From: Antedon mediterranea
Taxonomy: Eukaryota; Animalia; Echinodermata
DNA length: 64,000 nt
Assembly (NCBI RefSeq): GCF_964355755.1
Contig: NC_092678.1
Span: 512,422-576,421, forward strand
Reading direction: 5' to 3'
Part shown: positions 27,366 through 39,919 of the stretch, piece after piece
How the letters are laid out: each line of letters begins with the position of its first letter
Numbering within the stretch: position 1 is the first letter of the stretch
The notes under the pieces: model-generated
Databases searched by the model: none
What the model saw: the letters and a program-made list of their open reading frames with translations, nothing else
Told to the model about the DNA's origin: nothing
Program-made: the position numbers and the translations under genes

Positions 27366-28484
27366 GTAATGTATGAATAATTTACAATTTTAATACTTGA
27401 CTATAAATATAATTAAGCCTACATAAACCACTTTGTAACAGCAATAAAAGCCATTAAATTAATTTATTAAAATACACCTAGCCTACAGTTAACAGCTTAA
27501 TTGTCTAAATTTGAAAGATAGATAAAGAAACACTTACTCTTTAAGTTCATTATCACAAAGGTATTGAAATGTTAAACTGAAAAAAATAACTTGATTTTGG
27601 ATTGCGATAACCTAATCGTCGTCTAGATTCTCCGGTGAATAAAAACATAATTTGTGTAAAAGTAAGGACATCAACGTAGAAAAGCTGTAGATCCAAAGAA
27701 CCGACACTTGATTCCAATCTCATTGACTTCAACAAGTCTCCAATTTTTTTCTTAGCGACGTTTCATTTCTAGTTTTACACAGCGTCAGCAGTATATCCGA
27801 TATTAATTTTTAATTATAAATCCATTTAGAAAGTGAGTATTATTATTGGAAATCAATTGGTTTTGTACAAGAATTATTGAAAGTAAAATTTTACTAATGT
27901 AAGAATAATATTGATGAAAATGTAGACCTGTTGTTATTAAAATGTAAAGTGAATGTAAAACCCAATTTTATTTTTAGGTCCGAGTATAAAGACAGATAAC
28001 ATCAATGGCGTCATGGTTTGTTTTGAAATAAGACGCAGTCATCACATTCAAACTCATTCAACAACACTGTGTAAACATGTACATAATTGATTTGTATATT
28101 AAAAGTTGATAAGGCATTGTAAGAATAAACAATTAAGGCAGAACAGGTGAGCATTTCAGAGACTCTTATTTTCTATGTTGTTTTATGCGTGAATTTCATA
28201 TCAATATATTGAAAATCAGTCCTTATCTTCCATTAATGCTATTTAACATTTTTAAATTTCCTAGGACCTACGACTTGCAGCCTACTGGGCAAAATTGTGG
28301 ACGACACATTACCACTTTCTTCTCCCCATACTGTACAAGTGTCGTATAGCTGCCATCTTAGTTAGAATTTGGGCATGCTGATTATATTGTGAGTGAGATT
28401 TTGTCAACAATTGTTTCATTAGCCCCCTGAAGTATCCAATCAAACGATGACAAGATTGTCAGCTAAGCAAGATTGTATACTTAC

Positions 28485-28737
28485 AATTGTTTCAGTAGCA
28501 CCCTGAGGTATCCAATCAAATGTTGTATTTGTTGTTTCTCCACCACCACCATTTTCTAGCGTTGTTGCGCTTGGATCCGTCACCGATGGTTGCGTAGCAA
28601 TTGTAACTTTCTTGCGGTTGTATCGTGCAGCTCGGTCATCGTCAAATAATCGTCCGATCTTTCGTATGGTTTCATGGTTCGTGGGGTCACTGATCTTGTG
28701 GTCAGCTGGTCCGCATTTACAATTTTTACATATTTTC
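28485..28737 (-). CDS. TES: Testin exon 3
   Basis: tag|G KICKNCKCGPADH...RKIGRLFDD...FDWIPQGATETI|gtaagt; 253 nt, phase 2 to 0. Confidence 0.93.
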
Positions 28738-29069
28738 CTAAAAATGATAGAAAACATAGAATGAGACAAATAGTGGAAAATAAACTAGTAATAAGAAGGT
28801 AAAGGCAAGTCCTATATTCATTTCTCATCGTAGGGGAATGAGCTGTTAGCAGCTCATTTTACTAAGCTTCAGTATCACTGTATGTGGTAGGGTGGCCAGT
28901 TCCTTTTCACACCGCCTTATCCTCCCTAGTATTTTCAACCAGGTACTCATTTACAGCTGAGTAGACTGGAAGTTGTCGTGAATTGACAGTCAAGTGTCCT
29001 AACCACGTGGCTACCGAACTAAGTAAAAGTTTTCTTTGAATATTTGACCAGAATGTGCAAAATAATTAC

Positions 29070-29155
29070 CTCCAAAAGTGAAGATCAAATCCAGGACAAG
29101 CATCACCACACTTGACACAGGCCGCACCAGCTCCTATCTCATGGCCTAGCACAAC
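29070..29155 (-). CDS. TES: Testin exon 2 (cysteine-rich domain)
   Basis: cag|VVLGHEIGAGAACVKCGDACPGFDLHFWR|gt; matches the recalled human TES segment [27 protein letters not shown]; 86 nt. Confidence 0.93.
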
Positions 29156-29241
29156 CTGAACAACAAATCAAAATTAGTCAATTATAAACGGAACAAAAAG
29201 AAGTCTGTAGTTTATTCATTTAGTAGTACATGGTGGTATTA

Positions 29242-29401
29242 AGCTTTGTCTAAACTATCAAACTTTATTTAACAAAAAATGTGATGTGCGCATACAGTGT
29301 GGACATGATGTCATATCACTACCATATTTGAACATATCAATACCATATTTGAACATATCACTACCATATTTGGTAGTTTGATAGTGATTGTAGACAGAGC
29401 C
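29242..29401. mobile_element. Harbinger-like MITE family A copy
   Basis: Family A termini and body. Confidence 0.75.
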
Positions 29402-30730
29402 TTATAATACAATCAAAACATTTCAAAATTCAAGAAAAAATAATACTTAATGTATACAGTAGCTCCATGAAGCTTCTACGTAAAAAATTGGTTAAAAAAT
29501 AATTACAAGGATTGTATTCTTATTGTTAAAACATAATAAAGTAAGTTGACACAGTGCAAGGCCATTATACTTTAGTTCTGTACTTAAAGTTTGTGCTTAA
29601 AAGGTATGACACCATGATAACCAAGTCACAATATGCAATATCAATTATTGATGAATTATCAATAATTAATCACATTCACCTGAGTGCTTTTTTATTTAAC
29701 AGAGAAAAAATAAGATAATATTGTACATCAATTTACTGCAGTACTGTAAATGGTAATGTTGATACACTATTAAACATCAAACGACACATCTTAAAACTGT
29801 GTGTGTCAAACCCTTTCCCTTTCGTTTAAATAAAATTCAGTATTTTTCTAGTATTTTCTAAGAGGTGGTACAATTTAAAAGGGAGGAGGTTAGCATTTAG
29901 CATTATCAATATATAATTATTCATGCTCCAAAAGTAAAAGTTTATCGATATTTTAATCTATGTAGTACACCCTCAACAAGTGTATTTAAAGTTTTGTTTC
30001 GTGCTTCAACTTTTTAAGTGTTATTGGGATGGCAAACAAACGAAAGTTGACCCCAAACTAAGGGTCAAGGGATCACTTTTGAAGTGGATTATTAAACATG
30101 ACCACAACAACTGATGTCTGTGACTGTGTCAATTTGTACAACACATACAAATGACATTGTCATGACAGGTCAGCTATAGTAAACATTGCAACAAATAAAA
30201 TATAAAACAAATTATTAATATTTTTTAAACCTATATACAAATTACAAAATATCAAAATTATACAATGATAGATAATAATTATAATGTTTAATCTATAATA
30301 GCCTGTACTAAAATGAATGTACTGTATATAAGAATTTAAATTGTTTTTAACAAGTAGATAGATCAGGCCCACAACACATGTATTGTCAGCAAATTTAACG
30401 TGATTGTGAAAAGAATATTTCTTGTCTAAAAAATATAAATAAATATAATTTGACACAAATAATTTCTAATAGTACAGTAATAATAAAGATTAAATGATTT
30501 CATTCAAATACAACAGACAGTTATTTAGTGAAGTGTGAAAATGTGCCATTATTAATAATGCGTCATTAAAACTCTACAGTACAGGGAATTAAACAACAAA
30601 CAGGTACTGTTCTTCTCTGCCAGTCTGTGCATTTTACATCACTCAGATATAGCCTACATAGTCATATATTTATAACTTGCCAGCTAAATTATGTTTTTTT
30701 TTCTTTTTTTTTGACGTTTTGTTTACTTAC

Positions 30731-30829
30731 ATCTCTTCGTGTTGTGTTTATAGCACGAATTGATTCATAAGCTTCCTCTTCTGTCCCTTGATAAACATCT
30801 TTATCAGTTTTTATGGTGACTTTAGCCAT
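30731..30829 (-). CDS. TES: Testin candidate first coding exon 1a
   Basis: aacATGG start, MAKVTIKTDKDVYQGTEEEAYESIRAINTTRRD|gtaagt, phase 0. Confidence 0.7.
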
Positions 30830-32121
30830 GTTTTTTCACTACAAAATCCCCAAAATTATAAAATATATCCCGAGCACAATTGAAGGCCAATCGACCACCA
30901 AAACACCACAGGCGACACACTAACCACTCGTGTGTGATACACAGGTAACACAAGGTAGGTAGGTAGGTGGTAGGTAGCTCTCCAGGGACCCTCCTACCCA
31001 CACAGTTTTTTTTTACCAGTCCTCAAATTCCTACTAAAACTCTAAAATCGTACAATGTTTTGGCAAGAAAAACGCCTATCTTTACTATTATGAATCCAAG
31101 TTTGATAACTTTACTTAATTTCTGGCAGACTCTGACTGACAGCGAAAAGCAGACTTCGCAGTGGGCGTAACGTGTTTACCACACACAAACTTCTTCAAAA
31201 AATGAAAAATGTTGTTGCTAAAATTTTATATAGAGGGCGCTAGGTATGATTGAATTAAAATCACAAATAATTATTTTTTTAATATATTAAAATTATTTTG
31301 TGTTGTTTGTTTAGAGATTAACAATCGTCGATTATAATAAATTGAAGTTCTGTTTTGTAAATACGAAACTCAGTATAAAAGGCCTGCTGCTACCTAATAT
31401 ATATAACCAGTATAAATATATCTATAAACATTGATGATAAAATAATATAACACATTCTAATTTGACCTATTGTAACTGAATTTTGTAGACCATAAACTTT
31501 ACAAAGTTACTTTACTAAAAGTTTACACTTCTAAACTTGTATTAAAGCTGTTTACTTTAAATAAGTAGGGCCCTGCACACCATACTTAAATTCTAAATTA
31601 CAAAACGAACTATAGAGGGCAGCATTGTACTTTTTATGTACATCAGAGAATATTTAACTTACTATCTGTACTAAAATGATGGTATATCAGAGTTTGAATC
31701 GGTTTTAACATGACAATGTAAATAGATCAGTTATCACATTAAAGACATCAATAATTTATATATTTAACATGACCGAATCTTACATTAACATTTAAAATAA
31801 TATATATGGTACTTCGTCAACACGGAAAACACAATTTCATTCGCAATTTTCATTTCCTTTTAATTGTAAAGGTGAGTCCCAAACTTGAGTGTGAACACGT
31901 TAATACTTTTACTATAGGACTACCCAATTATTCTACGACTTGCACTTCCAAGTTATGAACGGGTTAGTGTGTGCACTTCCAAGCCTATTAACGGGTTAGT
32001 GTGTCCATTTACTGTTCGTAAGCTAATCTATCAACTACTGTAAGCAACCCCTTACACAACACTTACGACGCAACAAATTAATAAATAGACACAATTCTTA
32101 AGAACGTTTGTAAACGATTAC

Positions 32122-32160
32122 CTGTCGCTTTTCCTTGGCAATATCCGTCTCATCTGCCAT
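32122..32160 (-). CDS. TES: Testin candidate first coding exon 1b
   Basis: actATGG start, MADETDIAKEKRQ|gtaatc, phase 0. Confidence 0.55.
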
Positions 32161-34818
32161 AGTTTATTCTGTTATTACAACACTATACCTGTCTGCCCAC
32201 TAAACGCCCACAACAAATTGCAGCTAACAACGTAATAATAGGCCTGAGTGTAAATGGGTACACCACCACAGGTATAGTAGGTCGGACTTTGGTTTAATTA
32301 ACAACACTCAGCTAGCCTTGTACAGTGTTGTTTGAACGCCCTTGCCTTATCGCTTCATCTTATACAATGTTCTCAATTAATGATTGTTCGTTATGTGCCT
32401 CATTGAGTTTCGAAATATCGATTCAAACAATAGCACATTGTGCACGGATTATAATTACTCAAAGAGCATGGCGAGGGGAATAGGGCCTATTCGTGGATGA
32501 CTAATTCGACGCGTACAATTCAGCTAAAGTTAGTTCTAACATGGAGGTCCTCCATGGTTCTAACAAATTGAATTATTGAGTTGATCCATAATTTATCCTA
32601 TTGCTAATCCTTTGAGTACATTGCAGTTGGCTTAATAATCAATTACAACAACAGGATCGAACTCGTCCGATCCGATAAAGTTAAATTAATCCTTTTTTTT
32701 TCGTGACGAATGCACCACCGATTGTTTGTTTGGACATATATTTTTAAAATAGGCATATATTTATTGTATTACATTCTTCTTATTTTTGGCCATGCCATCA
32801 ATTCCCGACTAAGAAAATTAAATTTAACTAATGTGGTAACCATGACAACTAAAACACCAACTGTGATGTGATTGGTTAGTGGTCTAGACATTGCAAAATG
32901 AAAATAATTATTCTCCAACTAAAAACTTCCTCGTGTCCAGACAGATAAATTTGTTTCCGGTATGATCAACACAAACCGTAACCGGAAGTACTTACCTCCT
33001 ACCGTATGGGGAGCTTCCTTCCCGAATGACACAAACACATTTTATGGTTTCTCAGTTTTAGTTTTTATGATCAAAGTTCACATGGTTGTAAAACAACAAC
33101 TAAGTTAAAAATGTTAAATTCTTCGACGGCGCACAGAAACATTGGACTAAACAAAGTTGTGAGTGGGGGAGTGGGTTGTTGTGGCACAGGACATCGGATA
33201 AGCGATATACGTACACCGCACACCGATTAATAAATTACGCTAATAAAAACGTTTTAACAATAATAGTACGCTAACGTTACCGTATTACGCGTATAGGAAC
33301 CTCGGGCCCCACAAGGGGATCTGGTTTGTATTTTATGACCGTCTTGAGGTCGGGCTTGAGGTCCTCCACACGCTAGATGATGACGTCACGTTGCATTACC
33401 AATATACCGATCGATCAAAGCACACCGATTATCAATTAATATAAAAGACAATTCCCACGGGAGTAAGATGATATTGATTTTCTTGATTTCAATACTACAA
33501 ACGAATGATGGTTATTAATTACACATCGATTACGAAGGTCGCTTTCACACGGGTGTGAATATCATTATTCATGCGGAGTCGTTTTCTATAAACTGAATAG
33601 TAAGAATGTTGTTAGCAATGACTATCATTTCGAGAGTGAACATTATGCGACAGTAGTAAAACATAGTTTTCTCCGAACATTTCTGATGTGAACCACGGTC
33701 AGTTTGTTTCTAGAGATCCAGTTAACCAGTTTATCGATCCTGATAGAGACGACTTTGACATTTTAGTCTCTAATTTGATAGAAAAAAAGATGATTGAATC
33801 AGGGAGATGTCTCCCTCTGATTGAATGTAGTGCAACATATTGAGGTAATTGAATGGATGGAGATAGTTGCAATTTCTAATAGTACGGTTGTAAAATATCA
33901 ACTTTTCAACGCGCTCATTCCTGCCTCTCATCGGGGAGCAGGGCTTCGAATTTTAAACCGCCCCTCCTATCATTTTGCAGGCTATCTGTTTCAACAGCCA
34001 GGGATGTTAACTCGATTTGCTTCCGAATTTGGTAAAGACAGGATACGGGTACTTAATCAATTACTCACATTGATCAATCAACGCCGCCATTGCGGAAATA
34101 CACGATCCACGCTGTCATATTTTGTGCAAACATTAAAAAATATTATAAAAATTCGAGGAAAAATAAACGTGTGTCGTGCGCGACGACTTCGTTGCGTCGC
34201 GCGCGCTTTCGTTGCGTTGCGCACAAGTGGTAACGAAAAGTATAAAAGGTCCATGGCTCAAATAAACATTCAAAAACCCTTTAACGAAATAATTTTTTTT
34301 TGTTGATAGATAATAATTTAAATTACAGATGTATGTGGGTTTGGTGTGGTTTTCTATAACTTTGATATGTCCGGTCCAATCGCAATAACTTCCCAATGTT
34401 CTTAGTAAAAACCAGGAAGGTGTGAATGTACCTATAAAACAACCTACAAGGTGGTTGACACGGAAAACGGAATATGAGCCTAGAGAAGTGTGACGTATTC
34501 GTGTAAAATAGCCTACGTAATAAGACATACAAGACGAATACATATACATCGTATATATAATGTATATTGCTTGAACATTAAGAAACTTGTTTGATGAAAA
34601 CATACTATTTGTTTATTTTTTTGAAAAATGAAATACGGGTGATCGCCTCCTAAACTACTCTAATTAATAGATCTATACAACAAAATATGAAACTATATTA
34701 ATTACATGTTCATGAAACATATCATCTTAATGAAACCGGAAGTTCATGCTTACAAAATATAGCATTTTGCAATTGAATGTTTAGCATCTAAACATGATTA
34801 AAGCACCGTTAAGCTCAC

Positions 34819-34848
34819 CTTTCTGTCTTCAGAGATGACACGGGCCAT
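34819..34848 (-). CDS. TES: Testin candidate first coding exon 1c
   Basis: agaATGG start, MARVISEDRK|gtgagc, phase 0. Confidence 0.55.
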
Positions 34849-35527
34849 TCTAGCCTAGATGTGAAATAATAAGGCGTTTGGTGAGATATATCAGGACAAG
34901 ATAGAATCAATGAATGATGCCAACCACACACACCTCTCCAACAGCTGATGCTAATACGTTAAGCTTGTACTTAGTAAGCAGCAAGTAGACTATCTCTGCT
35001 TTATAATTTGCATTCAGTTCAATTCTTCCGGATAGTGAGCTCACGGAAGCGTAGAGTAACTTGATAAACCAAGCTCTCCGATTGGTTGAAACACTTTATG
35101 GATATAAATTGCTTATGATGTATTAAAAATGTGCTAACGGGAATTTAAAATCAAGATTTATAACAATTTAAAACAAATATTAATCAAATTTGGTTCACAA
35201 ATATGCTTGGCAACGACGTGACGCAGCGCAGGCGAGTTGACCAATCAGAAGCGACGCTTCGATAATCCATCGCTTGTGATAGGTCAAATCACTCGTGTTG
35301 CGCTTACGTCGTTAATGGGAACCAATCATAAGGACGTACGCGCGCGCGCCGCAATTAAGATGAGGTGATGGATATATGGACTAACTCGGCTCGGCGGGAC
35401 TTGCGTTTCGCCATGTCGTTGATTTAATTTGTGTCCTAGTAGGAGGACCACGCTTAACCCCTCCTTTGGAGAAACCCATCCAGGGGGGACAGCCTTATTA
35501 AGGGGACAATTTCCCTTCAAACGATCA

Positions 35528-35633
35528 AATGGCAATATAGATGCCAGCACATATAATGGCAATATAGATGCCAGCACATATAATGGCAATATAGATGCCA
35601 GCACATATAATGGCAATATATATGCCAGCACAT
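35528..35633. repeat. 27-bp minisatellite, left arm (about 4 copies)
   Basis: Unit ataatggcaatatagatgccagcacat. Confidence 0.95.
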
Positions 35634-37517
35634 CAGGCCCGTAGCCAGGGGGGTTTTTTGGGGTTCGGGCGAACCCCCCCCTTTTGCGCGAACCCCCTTT
35701 TACCAGCGAACCCCCCTTGAAAAACAAAGCTCCCACTTCCAAAATCGTGCAATTAATTATCAATTATAGCAGATTTTTTGGTCATTTTACTTCTATTGAC
35801 TATGTTTAAATCGATCGAATATACAGATTGTCCGATGTCAAAGTCACTGCTGAGCGTGAGATCGAGAGATTGTTGAGAGATGATGGTTATAAATATGACA
35901 GAAAAATGGACTGACCAATCGCGTGCTTCGGCCGGGCTTCGGAACGCACAAGATCACGTTCAGTTCAGTTCAATCTTTTTGGGGATTTTTATTTTTTTCC
36001 TGGAAATATTTTTCATTAAACCAAAGAATTTCACTGTTTAAACTTGAATAAAAATGGTGCTGAGTTAAATTGGTACGTGTACGTAGGCCTACCGTATATT
36101 TCGGTGTATAAGACGCACTTTTGACACGCAAATTTGACCTCTAAATGTAACCCTAATTAATTTAATTACCTACTAATACTTAAATTAATTAAAAATAGTG
36201 TAGGCCTACTACTCTGCAATGTAGGCCTAGCTAGTTACTCACTCCTGTCTAACCACAGTGTGGTAACAAGTTTATTGAATTTTTAGTTAAGGTAAATTGT
36301 CATCCTCGACTGTATTAATTAATATTACAGTACGCATTAGATATTCTACCCAGGCCTAGCAATACTCTCTGAACTCGCGGGTGTGTATTCTAGCAGCATG
36401 CAGCATCATAACACAGCGCAACACATTTATGGAAGAGTCCATTAATTACGGTGGTGTCACATTTTATTTACACAATAACTATTCCCCTTGATCACGGTGG
36501 TTTATTTTTATTACATCTCTATGTCAACAATCACATAATTTTATAATCATGTAGTCAATAGTTCGTATGTCAAGCGATATCTAAAAGAGTGTGTTGTTAT
36601 TGTGTTAAGTAGCTTCCCCTAATCTTATAGTGTATATGGCCAACAGTGCTGGCCACCAGGCAAGGAGCACATGGTTAGTGCTCTCTCCTCATATTGCTGT
36701 AATGCATGCATGGAAATAGGAAAGATTTTCATATAGGCCTACCCAACATGATATTCCTGGTTCATTATCAGCCCAAAAAACTGAACATCATTTGGATTGA
36801 TTTTATAATGGTCATACACACAATAAGAAGGTATATATTTAAATAATATGAAATTAAAGTTACTTAAATAGACTTAGGCTAGCCCTACCCACACAGTGCA
36901 TCGTAACTGAAACAATATGGGGATTTCCCTTTTCATTGAACGTTCAGTTGAAGTAGAGACTGATTACGATGTAATAAAGGCAATCAAACAAAATTATATC
37001 ATTTGATTCTAATATGTCTCAAATATCGTTATTTTATTATTAAAATACCATTGTTTTGATTGTAAAATGTTTAAATTTCGGCCTAGAAATAAGTGCGTCT
37101 TATGCATCGACTACATAAAAAATACTAATATTTCAGTCTCCGTTATGGGTGCGTCTTATACACAGGTGCGACTTGTACACCGAAATATACGGTACTATTT
37201 GTTTTTTATGTTTATAGGATAAGAAATTACTTAAGGGCCTAATATAATATACTTTTTTGCAACAATAAAGCTGTATTTCATGATCAGTACTACTAACTTC
37301 CATACTGTAGGCCTACTATATAATTTCTCTGCATAACCCAGATTTTAGTAGGTAAAAAATGTCTCTGTAAGCTTATTAAAACAACCAAAATTGCTCTGAG
37401 AGCCAAAGCTTCCAGGGGGCTTCGCCCCCTGGACCCCAGCCTACAGTTGCTCGCTGCGCTCGCAAAATACTTGGTGTCAAGAAAACCCCCCTCTCATGCA
37501 TTCTGGCTACGGGCCTG
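35634..37517. mobile_element. hAT-like non-autonomous transposon inserted into the 27-bp minisatellite
   Basis: Perfect 15-bp TIRs caggcccgtagccag / ctggctacgggcctg; flanking direct repeat cacat. Confidence 0.85.
36092..37192. mobile_element. Tc1/mariner (pogo/Tigger-like) non-autonomous element nested in the hAT-like element
   Basis: TIRs ccgtatatttcggtgtataagacgcac / gtgcgacttgtacaccgaaatatacgg; TA on both flanks. Confidence 0.85.
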
Positions 37518-38345
37518 CACATATAATGGCAATATAGATGCCAGCACATATAATGGCAATATAGATGCCAGCACATATAATGGCAATATAGATGCCAGCA
37601 CATATAATGGCAATATAGATGCCAGCACATATAATGGCAATATAGATGCCAGCACATATAATGGCAATATAGATGCCAGCACATATAATGGCAATATAGA
37701 TGCCAGCACATATAATGGCAATATAGATGCCAGCACATATAATGGCAATATAGATGCCAGCACATACAATGGCAATATAGATGCCAGCACATACAATGGC
37801 AATATAGATGCCAGCACATATAATGGCAATATAGATGCCAGCACATATAATGGCAATATAGATGCCAGCACATATAATGGCAATATAGATGCCAGCACAT
37901 ATAATGGCAATATAGATACCAGCACATATAATGGCAATATAGATGTCAGAGCACATATAATGGCAATATAGATGCCAGAGCACATATAATGGCAATATAG
38001 ATGCCAGCACATATAATGGCAATATAGATGCCAGCACATATAATGGCAATATAGATGCCAGCACATATAATGGCAATATAGATGCCAGCACATATAATGG
38101 CAATATAGATGCCAGCACATATAATGGCAATATAGATGCCAGCACATATAATGGCAATATAGATGCCAGCACATATAATGGCAATATAGATGCCAGCACA
38201 TATAATGGCAATATAGATGCCAGCACATATAATGGCAATATAGATGCCAGCACATATAATGGCAATATAGATGCCAGCACGTACATATAATGGCAATATA
38301 GATGCCAGCACATATAATGGCAATATAGATGCCAGCACATATAAT
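37518..38345. repeat. 27-bp minisatellite, right arm (about 30 copies)
   Basis: Same unit as 35528-35633; explains the repetitive ORFs at 37376-38403. Confidence 0.95.
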
Positions 38346-38578
38346 TCAGGGACACTTTGATGTTGGGTCGCCCGAAGGTACTGCTGTTATCCAATTCCGC
38401 CAATTGCTAAACAAAACATCAGCGGTGACTGTGGTTCTTTACATTATTCGACCGACCTATTTGTGACAACATGTTTGTGATTTATTATAAGTGCTTTGTG
38501 AAATAAAAACATAAATTTTAGTAATATTTTATGTTCATTACAGTAAGACATTGTTTAATATCATATTAATTACTCCAA

Positions 38579-38716
38579 AACTCTGTCAACACTATCAAAC
38601 TTTATGTGACAAACAAATATGATGTGCCCATGGACATGATGATGTCATATCACTACCATATTTGGGCAGATTACACTTTTTTTTATCACATACAGTTTGA
38701 TAGTGTAGACAGAGCT
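38579..38716. mobile_element. Harbinger-like MITE family A copy
   Basis: Family A termini and body. Confidence 0.8.
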
Positions 38717-39043
38717 TTAGTAATCGAGAGTAACAACACATGGTAATATGTGGTTCTTTAATACATAATACAACATGGATATGCACAGCAGTTCCTCATA
38801 TTATGACGCATTCTATGACGTCATTTGCACATTGCAATAGGCCAAGTATGTTACAATATTCTTACATTGCTAACAAAAATATATTTACACTAATTATGTA
38901 TATTACTAGTACATAACAGTAACGTAAAGATAAAGATCTTTGGTATTAGGAAAAAAAGTTTCCCGCGTCTCAACCGTTGATGGCGCTATATCGCTAAATC
39001 GTAATTTGACAGTTAAATATCTATTTAGTTTCTTCCTTAGTTT

Positions 39044-39919
39044 TTATATTTTCAAAATACGTTTGAATTCTCGTTTAAACTCTCGATTTCGCACAGAGTA
39101 AACAAGAGGGTTCATGAAAGAATTGGCGTACAACAAACCGACAAGAACCAAGTCCACAGTTGCAAAGATAATCGAATCGTTTTGATGGCGATAGTACGAA
39201 ATTGTTGAGTGTATATAGTAAACGGTTATAGGAGCAAAACATACGAAAAACATTGAAAATATTATGATGCTTGTTTTCGTAGCTCGCATTTCGTTCTTGT
39301 TTGCGCGTTCATTTTCACCAATAACACGAATTGAGAAAATGCGTCGTTCCTGGTTTTTGGCAAGTTTGTAGACGCTAAAATGTAAGGCACACAAAACAAA
39401 CAAGATGAAACAAATGTACATAGTTTGACTTAAATAAAATATTTTTCTTTCGACAAAGAAAAAAAAATATGAAGCCCATGCAGCGACGCATGTTCCGGAA
39501 CCCCAGGCAAAAACTATCAATTTATCAATACGCCTATTTGGAAGGTACTGCGCGTGACGTAACGGATACTTCACATTGACGTAACGTTCGATTGCGAGAA
39601 TCATTAAATGCTGTTCAGATATGAAAACCATCCACCACGAGCTGCCGCTAGTAATTACGTTTAAAACCGAATTCCCGTGAAACAAATTCAACGTCAAATA
39701 CCACTGAATACTGAGTATACCGCTAATAAAATCGACAACGCTGAGACTTAGTTGTATTCTCCACACTCCATTTTCATACATCCTTCGTTTGATGCAGACC
39801 CACATCACCAGTAAATTACCACAAATTATTAAAATTGACATGGACATCCAGAGTACAACAAGCGACGAATGAAATGTGTAAATTATAACAAAAGTAGTTT
39901 TATTTTGTACGTCAGTCAT
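39044..39919 (-). CDS. Class A (rhodopsin-like) orphan GPCR, cluster gene 1, 291 aa
   Basis: 7 hydrophobic segments; motifs GN, LSVVD, ERY, CFAP, NSFMNPLVYSVRNREF; CDS has no intron. Confidence 0.93.
   Translation of the reverse strand: MTDVQNKTTFVIIYTFHSSLVVLWMSMSILIICGNLLVMWVCIKRRMYENGVWRIQLSLSVVDFISGILSIQWYLTLNLFHGNSVLNVITSGSSWWMVFISEQHLMILAIERYVNVKYPLRHAQYLPNRRIDKLIVFAWGSGTCVAAWASYFFFFVERKIFYLSQTMYICFILFVLCALHFSVYKLAKNQERRIFSIRVIGENERANKNEMRATKTSIIIFSMFFVCFAPITVYYIHSTISYYRHQNDSIIFATVDLVLVGLLYANSFMNPLVYSVRNREFKREFKRILKI

Noticed and set aside
27538-27576. 39-nt cassette exon in Testin intron 3 (cag...gtaagt)
   Set aside because: It contains an in-frame TGA in the required phase; it could only be a poison or non-coding exon, and nothing else supports that.
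34069-34090. Fourth Testin first exon (MAALIDQ, gtgagt donor)
   Set aside because: The donor is phase 1, incompatible with phase-0 exon 2.
33821-34603. 161-aa and 156-aa ORFs in the Testin 5' region
   Set aside because: No recognisable domain, they overlap on opposite strands and one has a non-ATG start; probably chance ORFs.
37376-38403. Long Cys/His/Trp-rich and YNGNIDAST-repeat ORFs
   Set aside because: All are translations of a 27-bp minisatellite that is open in several frames on both strands; there is no unique coding sequence or splice context.
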